Assembly: GCA_002476625.1 (NCBI GenBank)
Contig: DLLC01000070.1
Span: 39,651 to 103,650 of the forward strand
Length of the DNA: 64,000 nt
From: Porphyromonadaceae bacterium UBA7572
Lineage (GTDB): Bacteria; Bacteroidota; Bacteroidia; Bacteroidales; Muribaculaceae
Reading direction: 5' to 3'
Below, one piece after another: positions 29,686-39,338 of the stretch (positions within the stretch are counted from its first letter, which is position 1; every line of letters starts with the position of its first letter). A model generated the notes under the pieces. It saw nothing but the letters and a program-made list of their open reading frames with translations. It made no database searches and had not been told where the DNA came from. A program made the translations under genes and the position numbers.

Positions 29686-30441
29686 TTATTCAAAATAAAA
29701 AGTTAGCACCACCATATTGTTGGTCACCTTGTCCACGCTTTGGGTGAAGCGCATCATCTCCGGGTTGTCCTCAAGGTCGGGGCGATTCTTCTGTAGCACA
29801 TTCTTCAGCCCGAAGCAGAATTTCAATTCCGGGCACAGTTTGAAGAACGGCAAATAGATGTCGCACCCCATACCCACCGTGAGCATGGCGTCGGCATTGC
29901 CCAGACGAAGCTGCTCGGAGCGGTCTTTTGCCACGTCGAACACGCCCATCACGCCACCCGTGAAATAGGGCCGCACATTGTGGTAGCGGTTTGCCGAAAT
30001 CTTCAAGTCCACAGGCAGCACGATATAGGTGCTCTTCAAATTCTGGCTCTGCATTTTCCGCAGCGGGTCGGTGGTCTCGTCAGGGGCGGAGGTGTTGATA
30101 TACTTCACCACCTTGTTGCCAAAATACATACCCGGCGAGAAGCGCAGGTTGAAGTTCTTGGCAAGGCGCAAGTCGGCAAGCACATTCACGCAGAAGCCGG
30201 GAGAGTGTTGGGGCACGTCGGCAAACCACGTTTCACCGTCGTCGGTGGTGAAACCATTGTTCACGATATGGATATCCTGAAAATTGGTGCCCACCGAGAA
30301 GCCGAAATGAATCTTTTTCTGGTCGGCGTATTGGCGGTTCAAGATTTTGTCGTTGTCCTGCGCAAAAACCGATAAAGCGCACATTACCAGCGTAATTACC
30401 GATATATATAGCCGTGTATGTAGTAACAATTTGATTTTCAT
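29686..30441 (-). CDS. porT: PorT/SprT T9SS outer-membrane protein
   Basis: YADQKKIHFGFSVG, LRFSPG, FFKLCPELKF.FGL, C-terminal FYFE. Confidence 0.88.
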   Translation of the reverse strand: MKIKLLLHTRLYISVITLVMCALSVFAQDNDKILNRQYADQKKIHFGFSVGTNFQDIHIVNNGFTTDDGETWFADVPQHSPGFCVNVLADLRLAKNFNLRFSPGMYFGNKVVKYINTSAPDETTDPLRKMQSQNLKSTYIVLPVDLKISANRYHNVRPYFTGGVMGVFDVAKDRSEQLRLGNADAMLTVGMGCDIYLPFFKLCPELKFCFGLKNVLQKNRPDLEDNPEMMRFTQSVDKVTNNMVVLTFYFE

Positions 30442-30534
30442 CTCAACTTAAATAACGCTATTTTGCCCCGTCTTATTGCAAAACTGGTCATTTTTTTCAA
30501 AAATAGTGCCGCCATGCCAGAGCGTCACAGGGCT

Positions 30535-32229
30535 TTATTTATCCCAGCGACTCTCGTCCACATACCTCGGCCGCTTCACAAATCGGGGAGAGAGGAAGTC
30601 GCGGGTGGCATCGTAGAGGGGATAGGAGGTGCCAGTGAGCGTCATGAGCGCATACACCATGTTCGCCGACGACAGTGGCAGATGGCGAGCAGCCGCAAAC
30701 GCACGCATCATTTGTGGATAACGCGCCCTGAAAGGGCCGTTGGCATACGCCACCATCGGCACCGTCACGCTCTCACGGCAACGCCCGTTGAAATCCTTGC
30801 CATCATACACCATCTCGCCGTGGTCGGAGAAATAAATCAGCACAGTAGGAGTGCTCACCTTGCTCACTATTCCTATCATCTGCGCCAGAATACTGTCGGT
30901 GTAGCGGATGGAGTTGTCGTAGTCGGCCACTGTCTGCGCTTTTTCTCTCGTGAGATAAGGGCGAGGCAGTCGCCGCATCACCGTGTCGGCGGTGAAATGC
31001 GCCATGCTGGAAGGGAAACGCAGGCGATACTGCACGTGAGAGCCCAGCAAGTGGCACATCACGAGCTTGTGGCGATAGCCACTCGCCATTGCCCGGGCAA
31101 ACGGGGCAAGCAGCCGCTCATCATAGCCATAGGAGAGGTTGTCGTTGTAGCTGTAAGTGCCCACATAGTTCACCACGTCTGCCGTGCCCGCGATAGCTGC
31201 AGAGCAGTTGCCGCCCGTCTTCTCCTGGTTGGATAGCCAGAATGTGCGATAGCCTGCAATCTTAAACATTTCCACGATTGAAGGGTGATTATACCATTCG
31301 TCAAAGTCGCAGTCGCGCCGAAAAGTGAGAATGCGCGTCAAATTGTCGTTGGTCGATTGCGAGGAGCCTATCACATTAGTAAACACGCACAGGCTGTCGG
31401 CGGCCATGGCGTCGAGGTGTGGTGTGGTGCGCAGCGGGTAGCCATACAGAGAATGGTGCTCACGGAGTGCCGACTCCCCTATCACCATCACCACGTTGCA
31501 CCTCTGCTCGGAGTGCACCTTGCCGGCATCAGGAAAAGGCTTGCGATGCGCCATCAGCTCATCGAGCTTCGCCATCTCCTTGCAATACCCCACACCATGC
31601 GATACCACCCGCGCAAAAAGCGACAGGTTCAACTTGCCCCACGCCCGCTGCCTCGTGCTGTAGGCTCCGCACACCACCAGCCCCATTGCTAACCACAGGG
31701 CCACCATTACGCTGAACGCCCTCTTTGGCAGCAGCCACGCCAAAGCGCCTGCCACACAGCAAAGCGCCACCGTGGTGACGACATAGCGTGAAGCCACAGC
31801 TGACGGAAGTGTAGCAATGAACTGGGGGAGGAACTCCATAGTTTCACGTCCATTGGTCTCTGCCACCACCGCTATCAGCCGGCGCGAGATGCCTATGCCA
31901 TAAGTGGCGGCCCCCACCAAGTTGGCCAAGGACAAAACGCCAAGCAGGACGATGAGCGCCGTGCAAATTCGCCGTAAGGCCTTGTGCGGCTTTACAGCCA
32001 GACACACGTAATAAAGCACCGAAGCCTTGCACATGGCCACTACAAGGAAACTCACGCGCTCCGCATCCGAAGTCACAATGTGGGAATACACAAGGTCGAT
32101 GACGCTCATCACCGAAAGCCCCACGAGCGTGACCCACAGCAACGGGCGGCGCGGTACGCCCACCACCTGCTGCCACCATTGGCGCAAGCAGTTGTGGTGG
32201 ATATATGATAGTTTCATTCTTTTAGGCAT
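30535..32229 (-). CDS. Phosphoethanolamine transferase (EptA/CptA-like sulfatase fold)
   Basis: N-terminal transmembrane segments; VMVIGES, WLSNQ, HLLGSH, YDNSIRYTD, YFSDHGE. Confidence 0.9.
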   Translation of the reverse strand: MPKRMKLSYIHHNCLRQWWQQVVGVPRRPLLWVTLVGLSVMSVIDLVYSHIVTSDAERVSFLVVAMCKASVLYYVCLAVKPHKALRRICTALIVLLGVLSLANLVGAATYGIGISRRLIAVVAETNGRETMEFLPQFIATLPSAVASRYVVTTVALCCVAGALAWLLPKRAFSVMVALWLAMGLVVCGAYSTRQRAWGKLNLSLFARVVSHGVGYCKEMAKLDELMAHRKPFPDAGKVHSEQRCNVVMVIGESALREHHSLYGYPLRTTPHLDAMAADSLCVFTNVIGSSQSTNDNLTRILTFRRDCDFDEWYNHPSIVEMFKIAGYRTFWLSNQEKTGGNCSAAIAGTADVVNYVGTYSYNDNLSYGYDERLLAPFARAMASGYRHKLVMCHLLGSHVQYRLRFPSSMAHFTADTVMRRLPRPYLTREKAQTVADYDNSIRYTDSILAQMIGIVSKVSTPTVLIYFSDHGEMVYDGKDFNGRCRESVTVPMVAYANGPFRARYPQMMRAFAAARHLPLSSANMVYALMTLTGTSYPLYDATRDFLSPRFVKRPRYVDESRWDK

Positions 32230-33310
32230 TATTCGTCATCTTTGCTGCCCAAGCGAAAACTGGGCGAGTGAAACAGCGGTGAACCACCCATGAGAGCACT
32301 AACAGTATGGGCAATTGGCCCACGGCGAAGAAATCGTAAACCATAATTCCAAAATGGCCGAACAGCGGGCTTACGAGGTAGGTGAATATGGGGCCTGCCA
32401 CAAAATGCAGCATAAACACCTCAAGACTCATACTGCCCACCCACAGCAAAGGCTTCCAGCACAATAGCCTTCCTATCAAGCCTTCCCTGCCGGCATTGAA
32501 TGCCGCCACAAGAATGAGCAGCGCCATGGGTATCTCCCACATCAAGGAGTCGTTGTAGTTGTTTTTTAAGGGACTGGACCACGACTGGGAAAATGCCACT
32601 AACCCCATCAGCAGCACTAATATGGCCCCCTCTGCCAACGACGCCTTCATAAAGTTCAACCTCGTGGTGAGCCGCGGTGCCACGGCGGCATAAACATTAT
32701 ATAGTGTGACACCCATCGCAAACTCATACAGCCGCAACGGTGGAAACACATGCGAGTAAACCACCGCACGGTGATCGGTGATGTGGCCCATAGCGACAGC
32801 GTACACGAGCATCAGCGCGGCAAACAGGCACACCTGGCCTTTCACGCTCATCTTGCCAAGCCAAATGGCTATAAGGGGATAGCAGAAATAGCACAGCAGC
32901 AAGTCGCACAGAAACCACGATGGCGTGTTGAACGAGAAAAACACCTCCTCATCGGGCACATAGCTCTGGATAAGCAGCAGATTGGGGAGCAGCGCATCAG
33001 TGCCCACACGGGTGATTGGCATAGAAAACGCCCACACCTCCGCCATCAGCAGCGCCAAGGCAAGCCAGTGGAGAGGATACAGGCGCAATGCGCGCATCAA
33101 GAAAAACGGCTTGAAGCTGGCTCCACGCACCGCATCGGGCCTATGGTGCATACGCATCAGAAAACCGCTCATCATAAAATAAGCCACCACGCCACAGCAC
33201 GACATCTCCGTGAATGCCTTCTCCCCACAGTGGCACAGCAAAATAGCCACAGCAAAGACGCCTCGCCACGAGGTGAGGGGGCGGATGCTTGCCTGTGAAT
33301 GATCAGTCAT
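32222..33310 (-). CDS. Acyltransferase family 3
   Basis: LTSWRGVFAVAILLCH, YFMMSGF, RALRLYPLH, NTPSWFL. Confidence 0.88.
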   Translation of the reverse strand: MTDHSQASIRPLTSWRGVFAVAILLCHCGEKAFTEMSCCGVVAYFMMSGFLMRMHHRPDAVRGASFKPFFLMRALRLYPLHWLALALLMAEVWAFSMPITRVGTDALLPNLLLIQSYVPDEEVFFSFNTPSWFLCDLLLCYFCYPLIAIWLGKMSVKGQVCLFAALMLVYAVAMGHITDHRAVVYSHVFPPLRLYEFAMGVTLYNVYAAVAPRLTTRLNFMKASLAEGAILVLLMGLVAFSQSWSSPLKNNYNDSLMWEIPMALLILVAAFNAGREGLIGRLLCWKPLLWVGSMSLEVFMLHFVAGPIFTYLVSPLFGHFGIMVYDFFAVGQLPILLVLSWVVHRCFTRPVFAWAAKMTNNA

Positions 33311-34490
33311 AGATGGAGGTGAGGTTTGACTTGCGGGTAGAGTGTCCTAAAATGCGGAAGTAGAGGTTCACAATCGGCCTCCACAGAAAGAACAAAGGCA
33401 CACTGAACGTGAGCCCCAGAGCCTGAAGCGACTGGCAGCATCTGTTGAAGGGCAGTATGGTCAGCACCCACGACATCACCAGCAAAAAAGCCGACACCGC
33501 AATAGTGAACAGATTGGTATAGTCGATGCCCACGGCTGCCACAAGCGAAGCAAGGCGCAAATAATTAGTCCAAGAGTAGAGTCCCTGCGCATAGAAGGGC
33601 CAAGAGGTGGACACAAACTTTGAGGTGTAGTCGCGGCGCAACTTAAGCAAATGGTGCGCTTTGGGCACATCATCGAAGTAGGTCTGCACCTGGCTCTCCG
33701 GAGCCAGCTCAAGGCGGGTGTTGTCCTCTGAGACTATCTCACTCACAAACACATCGTCGTCGCCATACCTCAGTTCAAGACTTTTAGAAAAGCCTGAATG
33801 CTGAAAAAAGAGTTCGCGTCGATAAGCTAAATTGTCGCTGATGCCACGGTAAGGCTTGCCACTGATGGCACTGCCCACCCACTGAAGCGAGGTGATCACT
33901 GAGTCGAACACGCGGAAATAGCGGCCCGTGCCCGTGTCCTTACGATAGCGGTAGTGCGAAAATCCTAACACCACATCAATTCCCGGCACAAAATTGCGCA
34001 TCATCGTGCGAAGCCACTGGTCGCTCATCACCCGGCAATTGGCATTGGTGGTGAGCACCACCTCTTTTTGCGAGGCCTTCACGCCAATGGTCAGCGCCAG
34101 TTTCTTGCGCGAGAGCGAACGTGTGTCCACAGGCGCAAAAGTGACCCGTAAATTGCTGAAATGCGGAAGCATATCGCTCAGCAGGTCGCGAGTGCCGTCG
34201 AACGAGGCGTCGTCCACCACCACCACGTCAAAGTCGGGATAATCCTGATGCAGCAGAAGGGGCAGGAAACGCTCAAGGTTCTCGCACTCGTTGTGGGCAT
34301 ACACCACCACCGACACACCAGGCAGCTGGTCGTCAGAGAGATAGTCGCGCATAGTCTCTGTGCGGGCAAACTTGCGCAAGCGTGCCGCCCTGCGCCACAG
34401 CACCACGGCAAGAACCACAGTCAGCATAAGCGACAGCCCCAAAAGGGCATACACATATTGTATATAGGGAGTGTCAAAAGAGAAATTCAT
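33303..34490 (-). CDS. Membrane glycosyltransferase family 2
   Basis: VSVVV, VVVDDASFDG, KKLALTIGVK, GDDDVFV; transmembrane segments at both ends. Confidence 0.88.
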   Translation of the reverse strand: MNFSFDTPYIQYVYALLGLSLMLTVVLAVVLWRRAARLRKFARTETMRDYLSDDQLPGVSVVVYAHNECENLERFLPLLLHQDYPDFDVVVVDDASFDGTRDLLSDMLPHFSNLRVTFAPVDTRSLSRKKLALTIGVKASQKEVVLTTNANCRVMSDQWLRTMMRNFVPGIDVVLGFSHYRYRKDTGTGRYFRVFDSVITSLQWVGSAISGKPYRGISDNLAYRRELFFQHSGFSKSLELRYGDDDVFVSEIVSEDNTRLELAPESQVQTYFDDVPKAHHLLKLRRDYTSKFVSTSWPFYAQGLYSWTNYLRLASLVAAVGIDYTNLFTIAVSAFLLVMSWVLTILPFNRCCQSLQALGLTFSVPLFFLWRPIVNLYFRILGHSTRKSNLTSIYD

Positions 34491-34524
34491 ATTGCTAATA
34501 AATAATACGTACTCAATCAAACTG

Positions 34525-34656
34525 CAAAATTACTCAATTTTGCCGAAACCACCCCAAAAGCCCCCATATTTTACGCACAGACTCGCGCCCCCCGCAAGCA
34601 GCTTTCGCAACTATCAGGGGGGCGTTTGCCATTATGGCAAAAATATGGTAACTTTG
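34525..34656. promoter_or_regulatory. Divergent Bacteroidetes promoters
   Basis: TAatTTTG on minus (34525-34532) and TAacTTTG on plus (34649-34656). Confidence 0.65.
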
Positions 34657-34670
34657 CAAGCCGAATAATC

Positions 34671-36119
34671 ATGACTGGCAGCGCCACACATAGCAATGCA
34701 CGAAGCCGTTCTTCTAAAATGATGAAGGACATGGGCATTTATGCGATAGGTAACCTTGGTTCAAAGGTTATCACTTTCCTCATGGTGCCACTCTACACCT
34801 ATTATGTGGAGAACACCGCCGATTTTGGATATTACGACTTGTGCCTCACCGTGGTGTTCCTGCTTATGCCGTTCACCACGCTCCAGCTCCGCGATGGGGC
34901 ATTCCGGTTTCTTATCGACTCCGGCAGCGAAGACTGCAGGAAAAAAGTGGTGACCACCACCTATAAGACGCTCGGTGCCACATTCTTACTCTCCACGGTG
35001 GTGACTATGGGCATATCATCGCTATTCAATGTGAAATATGTGTGGTATGTGTGGGCTTTGCTAATGGCCATGTCGGTGCAGGAGGTGGTGGCGCAAGTGT
35101 TCCGCGGACTTGGCCACAACAAGGCTTTTGTGACCGTGGGCATCATGTCGGCCTTTTTCATCGGCTTTTTCAGTGTGCTGTTTGTGGTGTGGCTTCGCAT
35201 GGGGGTTGAGGGCGTGTTTATTGCCAACATCATTGCCCGGTTCGCCGCCATCGCGCTGGTGGAGCTGAAGCTCCAAACCCTGCACAAGCTGTTCAGCATC
35301 CACACCGACATCCGCCACACGGCTTGCGCCATTCTGAAATACTCCCTGCCACTGCTGCCAGGGGCGTTCTGCTGGTGGCTCACCGGCAGCAGCGACCGCT
35401 GGTTTATCCAAAAATACCTCGGGCTGGAGGCCACCGGCGTGTATGCAGTGGCTGTGCGCTTTGCGAGCATACTCCAGACGCTCTCGCTTATTTTCTACCA
35501 AGCGTGGCAGGAAACCGCCATTCTGCAATACCACAGCTCCGACCGCGACAAGTTTTTCTCGCAGGTGCTTGGCAGCTACATCTTCATCATCTGCATTCTG
35601 TTTGTGTGCTTCTGCTTCTGTTTGAAAATGTGCTACGGATGGCTTGTGGACGTGAACTACCAGGGCAGCCTGCCCTACCTGTTTCCTTTAGGTATCTCAA
35701 CCTCTTTATTCGCTATAGTCGCCTATTTCGACATGGGCTACCAGTGCGCCAAAGACACTGGGCGCACGCTCCCTGCCGTGGTGCTCAGCGCCGTGGTGAA
35801 CGTGGTGCTCAACTTCACGCTGATTGGCCGATTCGGGGTGTATGGAGTGGCTGTGACGCTGATTATCACCTATATGGTGCTGGTCATCTACCGATGGTAC
35901 GACTCTAAACGGTATTTCACCATCACCCTTCCGCGTGGCATCGCAGCGCCTCCGCTTATCGCCTTGGCCACGGCAGTGCCATTCTACCTCGACTCCGCAT
36001 TTTGGCAAGACGCGCTCGTGATGCTCGTAGCCATCGGGCTGATGGTGACGTGCTGCCCAAGCAGCGTTAGGAAGGGACTTTTTGACGAGGTCGCAAAAAA
36101 AATCAGAGCCAAGGCATAA
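34671..36119 (+). CDS. wzx: Polysaccharide flippase (Wzx-like)
   Basis: IYAIGNLGSKVITFLMVPLYT, LKYSLPLLP, SDRWFI, GVYAVA; 12-14 transmembrane segments. Confidence 0.88.
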   Translation: MTGSATHSNARSRSSKMMKDMGIYAIGNLGSKVITFLMVPLYTYYVENTADFGYYDLCLTVVFLLMPFTTLQLRDGAFRFLIDSGSEDCRKKVVTTTYKTLGATFLLSTVVTMGISSLFNVKYVWYVWALLMAMSVQEVVAQVFRGLGHNKAFVTVGIMSAFFIGFFSVLFVVWLRMGVEGVFIANIIARFAAIALVELKLQTLHKLFSIHTDIRHTACAILKYSLPLLPGAFCWWLTGSSDRWFIQKYLGLEATGVYAVAVRFASILQTLSLIFYQAWQETAILQYHSSDRDKFFSQVLGSYIFIICILFVCFCFCLKMCYGWLVDVNYQGSLPYLFPLGISTSLFAIVAYFDMGYQCAKDTGRTLPAVVLSAVVNVVLNFTLIGRFGVYGVAVTLIITYMVLVIYRWYDSKRYFTITLPRGIAAPPLIALATAVPFYLDSAFWQDALVMLVAIGLMVTCCPSSVRKGLFDEVAKKIRAKA

Positions 36120-36183
36120 TAAACGGCCACTAAGCCACGTTATTTATTATCAAAACATAGAATAATACACATCAAGAGATAAC

Positions 36184-36996
36184 ATGAAATTTAAAAGTAT
36201 CATTTTGAGTTTAGCGGTGATTCTTGCCTGCGCATCGTGCAGCACAAAAAAGGAAGCACCCACTTTAGCGTATTTCCAAGACCTGAGACAAGCGGAAGGC
36301 ACGCTGCCCGACAATGCCACTGGCTATAAAATAAAAATCCAGCCCGACGATGAGTTGATTGTGACCATCACCTCTTCGAACCCCGAAGCCACTGCCATGT
36401 ACAACGTGCCCCTGGGCAACCCCTCTATGAAGGGCAACATCAGCTCCTCCCAGTCGCCACGAATCCAGACCCACATCGTGGACCAGAGCGGTTTCATCAA
36501 CATCCCCGTTTTAGGGAAAATCAAAGCCGCCGGCCTTAGCGTGAGCGAATTGGAGGCGGTGATTACCAACCGCGTGGAGACTCAGGTGAAGGACCCCTTC
36601 GTGCGCGTGGAGCTTATCAACTTCACGGTGAACGTGATGGGCGAGGTGAAAGCGCCACAACGCCTGGTGGTGGGCAAGGAGCGCTTCTCGGTGCTCGACG
36701 CGCTCGCCGCCGCTGGCGACCTCACAGAATACGGCAAGCGCGACAATGTGCTGGTGATCCGCACCGAAAACGGCAAGAGCACCTACCACCGCCTCAACCT
36801 CTCCGACGCCAACATCTACGCATCACCCTACTTCTATCTGCAGCAGAACGACGTGGTGTATGTTGAGCCTAACCAGATCAAGACCGACAACTCAAAATAC
36901 AACCAGTTCTCCGCCTACAAGCTATCGCAGCTGTCCACTATCGTGAGCATGGCATCAGTGGTGGCGTCACTCGTGATTGCCCTCTGCATTAAATAA
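36184..36996 (+). CDS. wza: Polysaccharide export lipoprotein (Wza-like)
   Basis: Lipobox CASC; IQPDDEL, G.INIPVLGKI, ALAAAGDLT, LQQNDVVYV. Confidence 0.92.
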   Translation: MKFKSIILSLAVILACASCSTKKEAPTLAYFQDLRQAEGTLPDNATGYKIKIQPDDELIVTITSSNPEATAMYNVPLGNPSMKGNISSSQSPRIQTHIVDQSGFINIPVLGKIKAAGLSVSELEAVITNRVETQVKDPFVRVELINFTVNVMGEVKAPQRLVVGKERFSVLDALAAAGDLTEYGKRDNVLVIRTENGKSTYHRLNLSDANIYASPYFYLQQNDVVYVEPNQIKTDNSKYNQFSAYKLSQLSTIVSMASVVASLVIALCIK

Positions 36997-37028
36997 TTTA
37001 CTTTTCTCCCCTCCTTGTGACAAACAAT

Positions 37029-39338
37029 ATGAAAACTCCTGCATCACTACACACATCGGCCCCCAAAGAATCATTGGGTGCATCCAACTTCCTACACACC
37101 GCAATTCACCATTGGTGGCTTTTTGCGCTGTCGTTTATCTTCTGCTTTGGGATTCTTTTTATATATCTTCGCAAAACCCTCCCCTCATATATCGTATCAT
37201 CTACCGTGCTGGTCGACGACCATTCATTGTCGTTCGCAGGAATTGGCAATCAAAAAAGCAATTCCATGCTGAAAAGTATGATGGGCGGTGGCGATGTGAA
37301 CGTGTTTAACGAAATCGAAATTCTCGCTTCAGAAAACCTTACCGCCAAGACCGTTGCCGCACTTAACATCAACTGCCGCTACTATGAGAAAACAGGCTTC
37401 TTAAAAAAGAAAGACCACTACGGCACATCACCCATCATCGTGGAGGCGCCAAAAGAGCTGTTCGACACCCTCTCGGTGACCCTGCCATTCAAAATTAAGG
37501 TATATGCCGACGGAAAAGCCGATATCACCGTGAAGAAAGGCATTTTCTCCAACTATGCAGAAGTGGAAGGCACAGAGCTCCCTGCCACTGTTAAAACACC
37601 ATACGGACTTTTCGTGGTTAAACCCACACAATATTTCTCTCCAAAGCACGAATACAGCATCACTGCCTCGGTAGCTGGCTACGTTCCTGCCGCATTAAAA
37701 CTTCAAAAAGACATGACCGTGGATTTGAAGGCCAAGAAAACCGACATCGTGTATATGGACGTGATGGACAACAATGTAAAGCGTGGACGCGACATCCTCA
37801 ACACGCTTATTCGTCTCTACAATGAGCGCGGAATGAAAGAAAGCGACACGCAAGGCATGACCACCGCTCGCTTTATCGATGAGCGGCTCTCGCTTATCTA
37901 CAAGAATTTGATGGGTAGTGAAGCAGAAATTGAAGCATACAAGAAAGCGCACAATCTGGTCGACCCATACACGCAAGCCAAAACCAGCATCATAAAAGGC
38001 GAAACAAGCGAAAGTGCCATCATCGCTCTCGAAACGCAGTACCGCATTGCGAGCATGATTAAGGGCTTTATCACCGACCCCGCCAACAAGCACTCACTCA
38101 TTCCATTTGAGTCCGACTCGCTCTCTGCCAAAATGGTAAGATCATACAATGCGCTCATCACCAAGCGCCAGCACTTGGAAAGCTCCGCCAAGACCGACAA
38201 CCCTGCTTTACTACAGCTCGACCAACAACTCAACGCCATGCGCGAGAATATGCTGGGTAGCGTGAACAATGCCTTAGGCGCCATGCGCATCAAGATCGAC
38301 AAAGCAAAAGATGTGCAAGGCGAGAGCAAGGGCGACATCAACCAATTCGCCTCCAGCGAGCGCGAGACACGCAACCTCTATCGCAACCAAGCCATACAAA
38401 ATGAACTCTACATCTTCCTGCTCCAAAAGCGAGAGGAGAATGCCCTGAAAATGGCAGCCGCGCAACCCAAGGGAACAATGGTAGATGAGGCGTATGCCGA
38501 CAACGAACCGGCAAAGCCAAAGACGGCTCTATTCGCATTCGTGGCGCTGTTCATGACGTTCGCACTTCCACTCTGCATTCTCTATATAAAGAAAATGCTC
38601 AGAAACAAGATTGCCAGCCAAGACGAGCTGGAAGCACTCACCCCTGCACACCTGTTGGGACAAATCAACCACGCCCATGAAGACGAACTTCGAGTGATTG
38701 CCGACACCAGCACCAAGAATGCCGAACTTTTCCGTTATCTGAGAGGTAACGTGCAATTCCTGTTGCCTGAAAGCACCGACAAGGTGGTGCTCGTGACATC
38801 AGCAGTAGCTGCAGAAGGCAAATCATACATCGCAGCCAACGTGGCGTCATCACTCGCTCTGATGGGCAAGAGAGTGGCACTCGTTGAACTCAACCTCCGA
38901 AAGCCTTCGCTTGGCGAGATGCTCGGAATCGATGCCTCCAAGGGCATGTCGGATTACCTCTCAAATGGAGAGCTGTCACTCCACGACATCGTGAGCACCA
39001 CAACCGACGGGCTCGATGTGTATGTGGCTGGCACAGTGCCTCCCAACCCTTCCGAACTGCTGCAAGGCTCTCGAACAGCGCCACTGATGAAGCAGCTGCG
39101 TGAGCAATACGATTACGTGGTGGTGGATTCTGCATCACTGGCAACGGCAAGCGACACCTTCTCGCTCACCAAGCACGCCGATGCCACCGTGGTGGTACTC
39201 CGCGCCAACTCCACCAAGCAAGCCTATGTGAAATGGATCAATAGGCTCATGGCGGAAGGAAAACTCCGCAATGTGGGCTTTGTGCTTAACGGTGTGAAAA
39301 AATCCGACACCTCGATAAAAATCGGCAATGGCAAATAA
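37029..39338 (+). CDS. wzc: Wzc-like polysaccharide co-polymerase with a degenerate BY-kinase domain
   Basis: Two transmembrane segments, coiled coil, LLQKREE, EGKS, PPNPSELL; Walker A' reads ELN, Walker B reads DSAS; no Tyr tail. Confidence 0.9.
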   Translation: MKTPASLHTSAPKESLGASNFLHTAIHHWWLFALSFIFCFGILFIYLRKTLPSYIVSSTVLVDDHSLSFAGIGNQKSNSMLKSMMGGGDVNVFNEIEILASENLTAKTVAALNINCRYYEKTGFLKKKDHYGTSPIIVEAPKELFDTLSVTLPFKIKVYADGKADITVKKGIFSNYAEVEGTELPATVKTPYGLFVVKPTQYFSPKHEYSITASVAGYVPAALKLQKDMTVDLKAKKTDIVYMDVMDNNVKRGRDILNTLIRLYNERGMKESDTQGMTTARFIDERLSLIYKNLMGSEAEIEAYKKAHNLVDPYTQAKTSIIKGETSESAIIALETQYRIASMIKGFITDPANKHSLIPFESDSLSAKMVRSYNALITKRQHLESSAKTDNPALLQLDQQLNAMRENMLGSVNNALGAMRIKIDKAKDVQGESKGDINQFASSERETRNLYRNQAIQNELYIFLLQKREENALKMAAAQPKGTMVDEAYADNEPAKPKTALFAFVALFMTFALPLCILYIKKMLRNKIASQDELEALTPAHLLGQINHAHEDELRVIADTSTKNAELFRYLRGNVQFLLPESTDKVVLVTSAVAAEGKSYIAANVASSLALMGKRVALVELNLRKPSLGEMLGIDASKGMSDYLSNGELSLHDIVSTTTDGLDVYVAGTVPPNPSELLQGSRTAPLMKQLREQYDYVVVDSASLATASDTFSLTKHADATVVVLRANSTKQAYVKWINRLMAEGKLRNVGFVLNGVKKSDTSIKIGNGK

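Noticed and set aside
34586..34624. cgcccccc/ggggggcg inverted repeat as an invertible capsule promoter
   Set aside because: Only 8 bp, encloses no promoter element, and no recombinase is nearby
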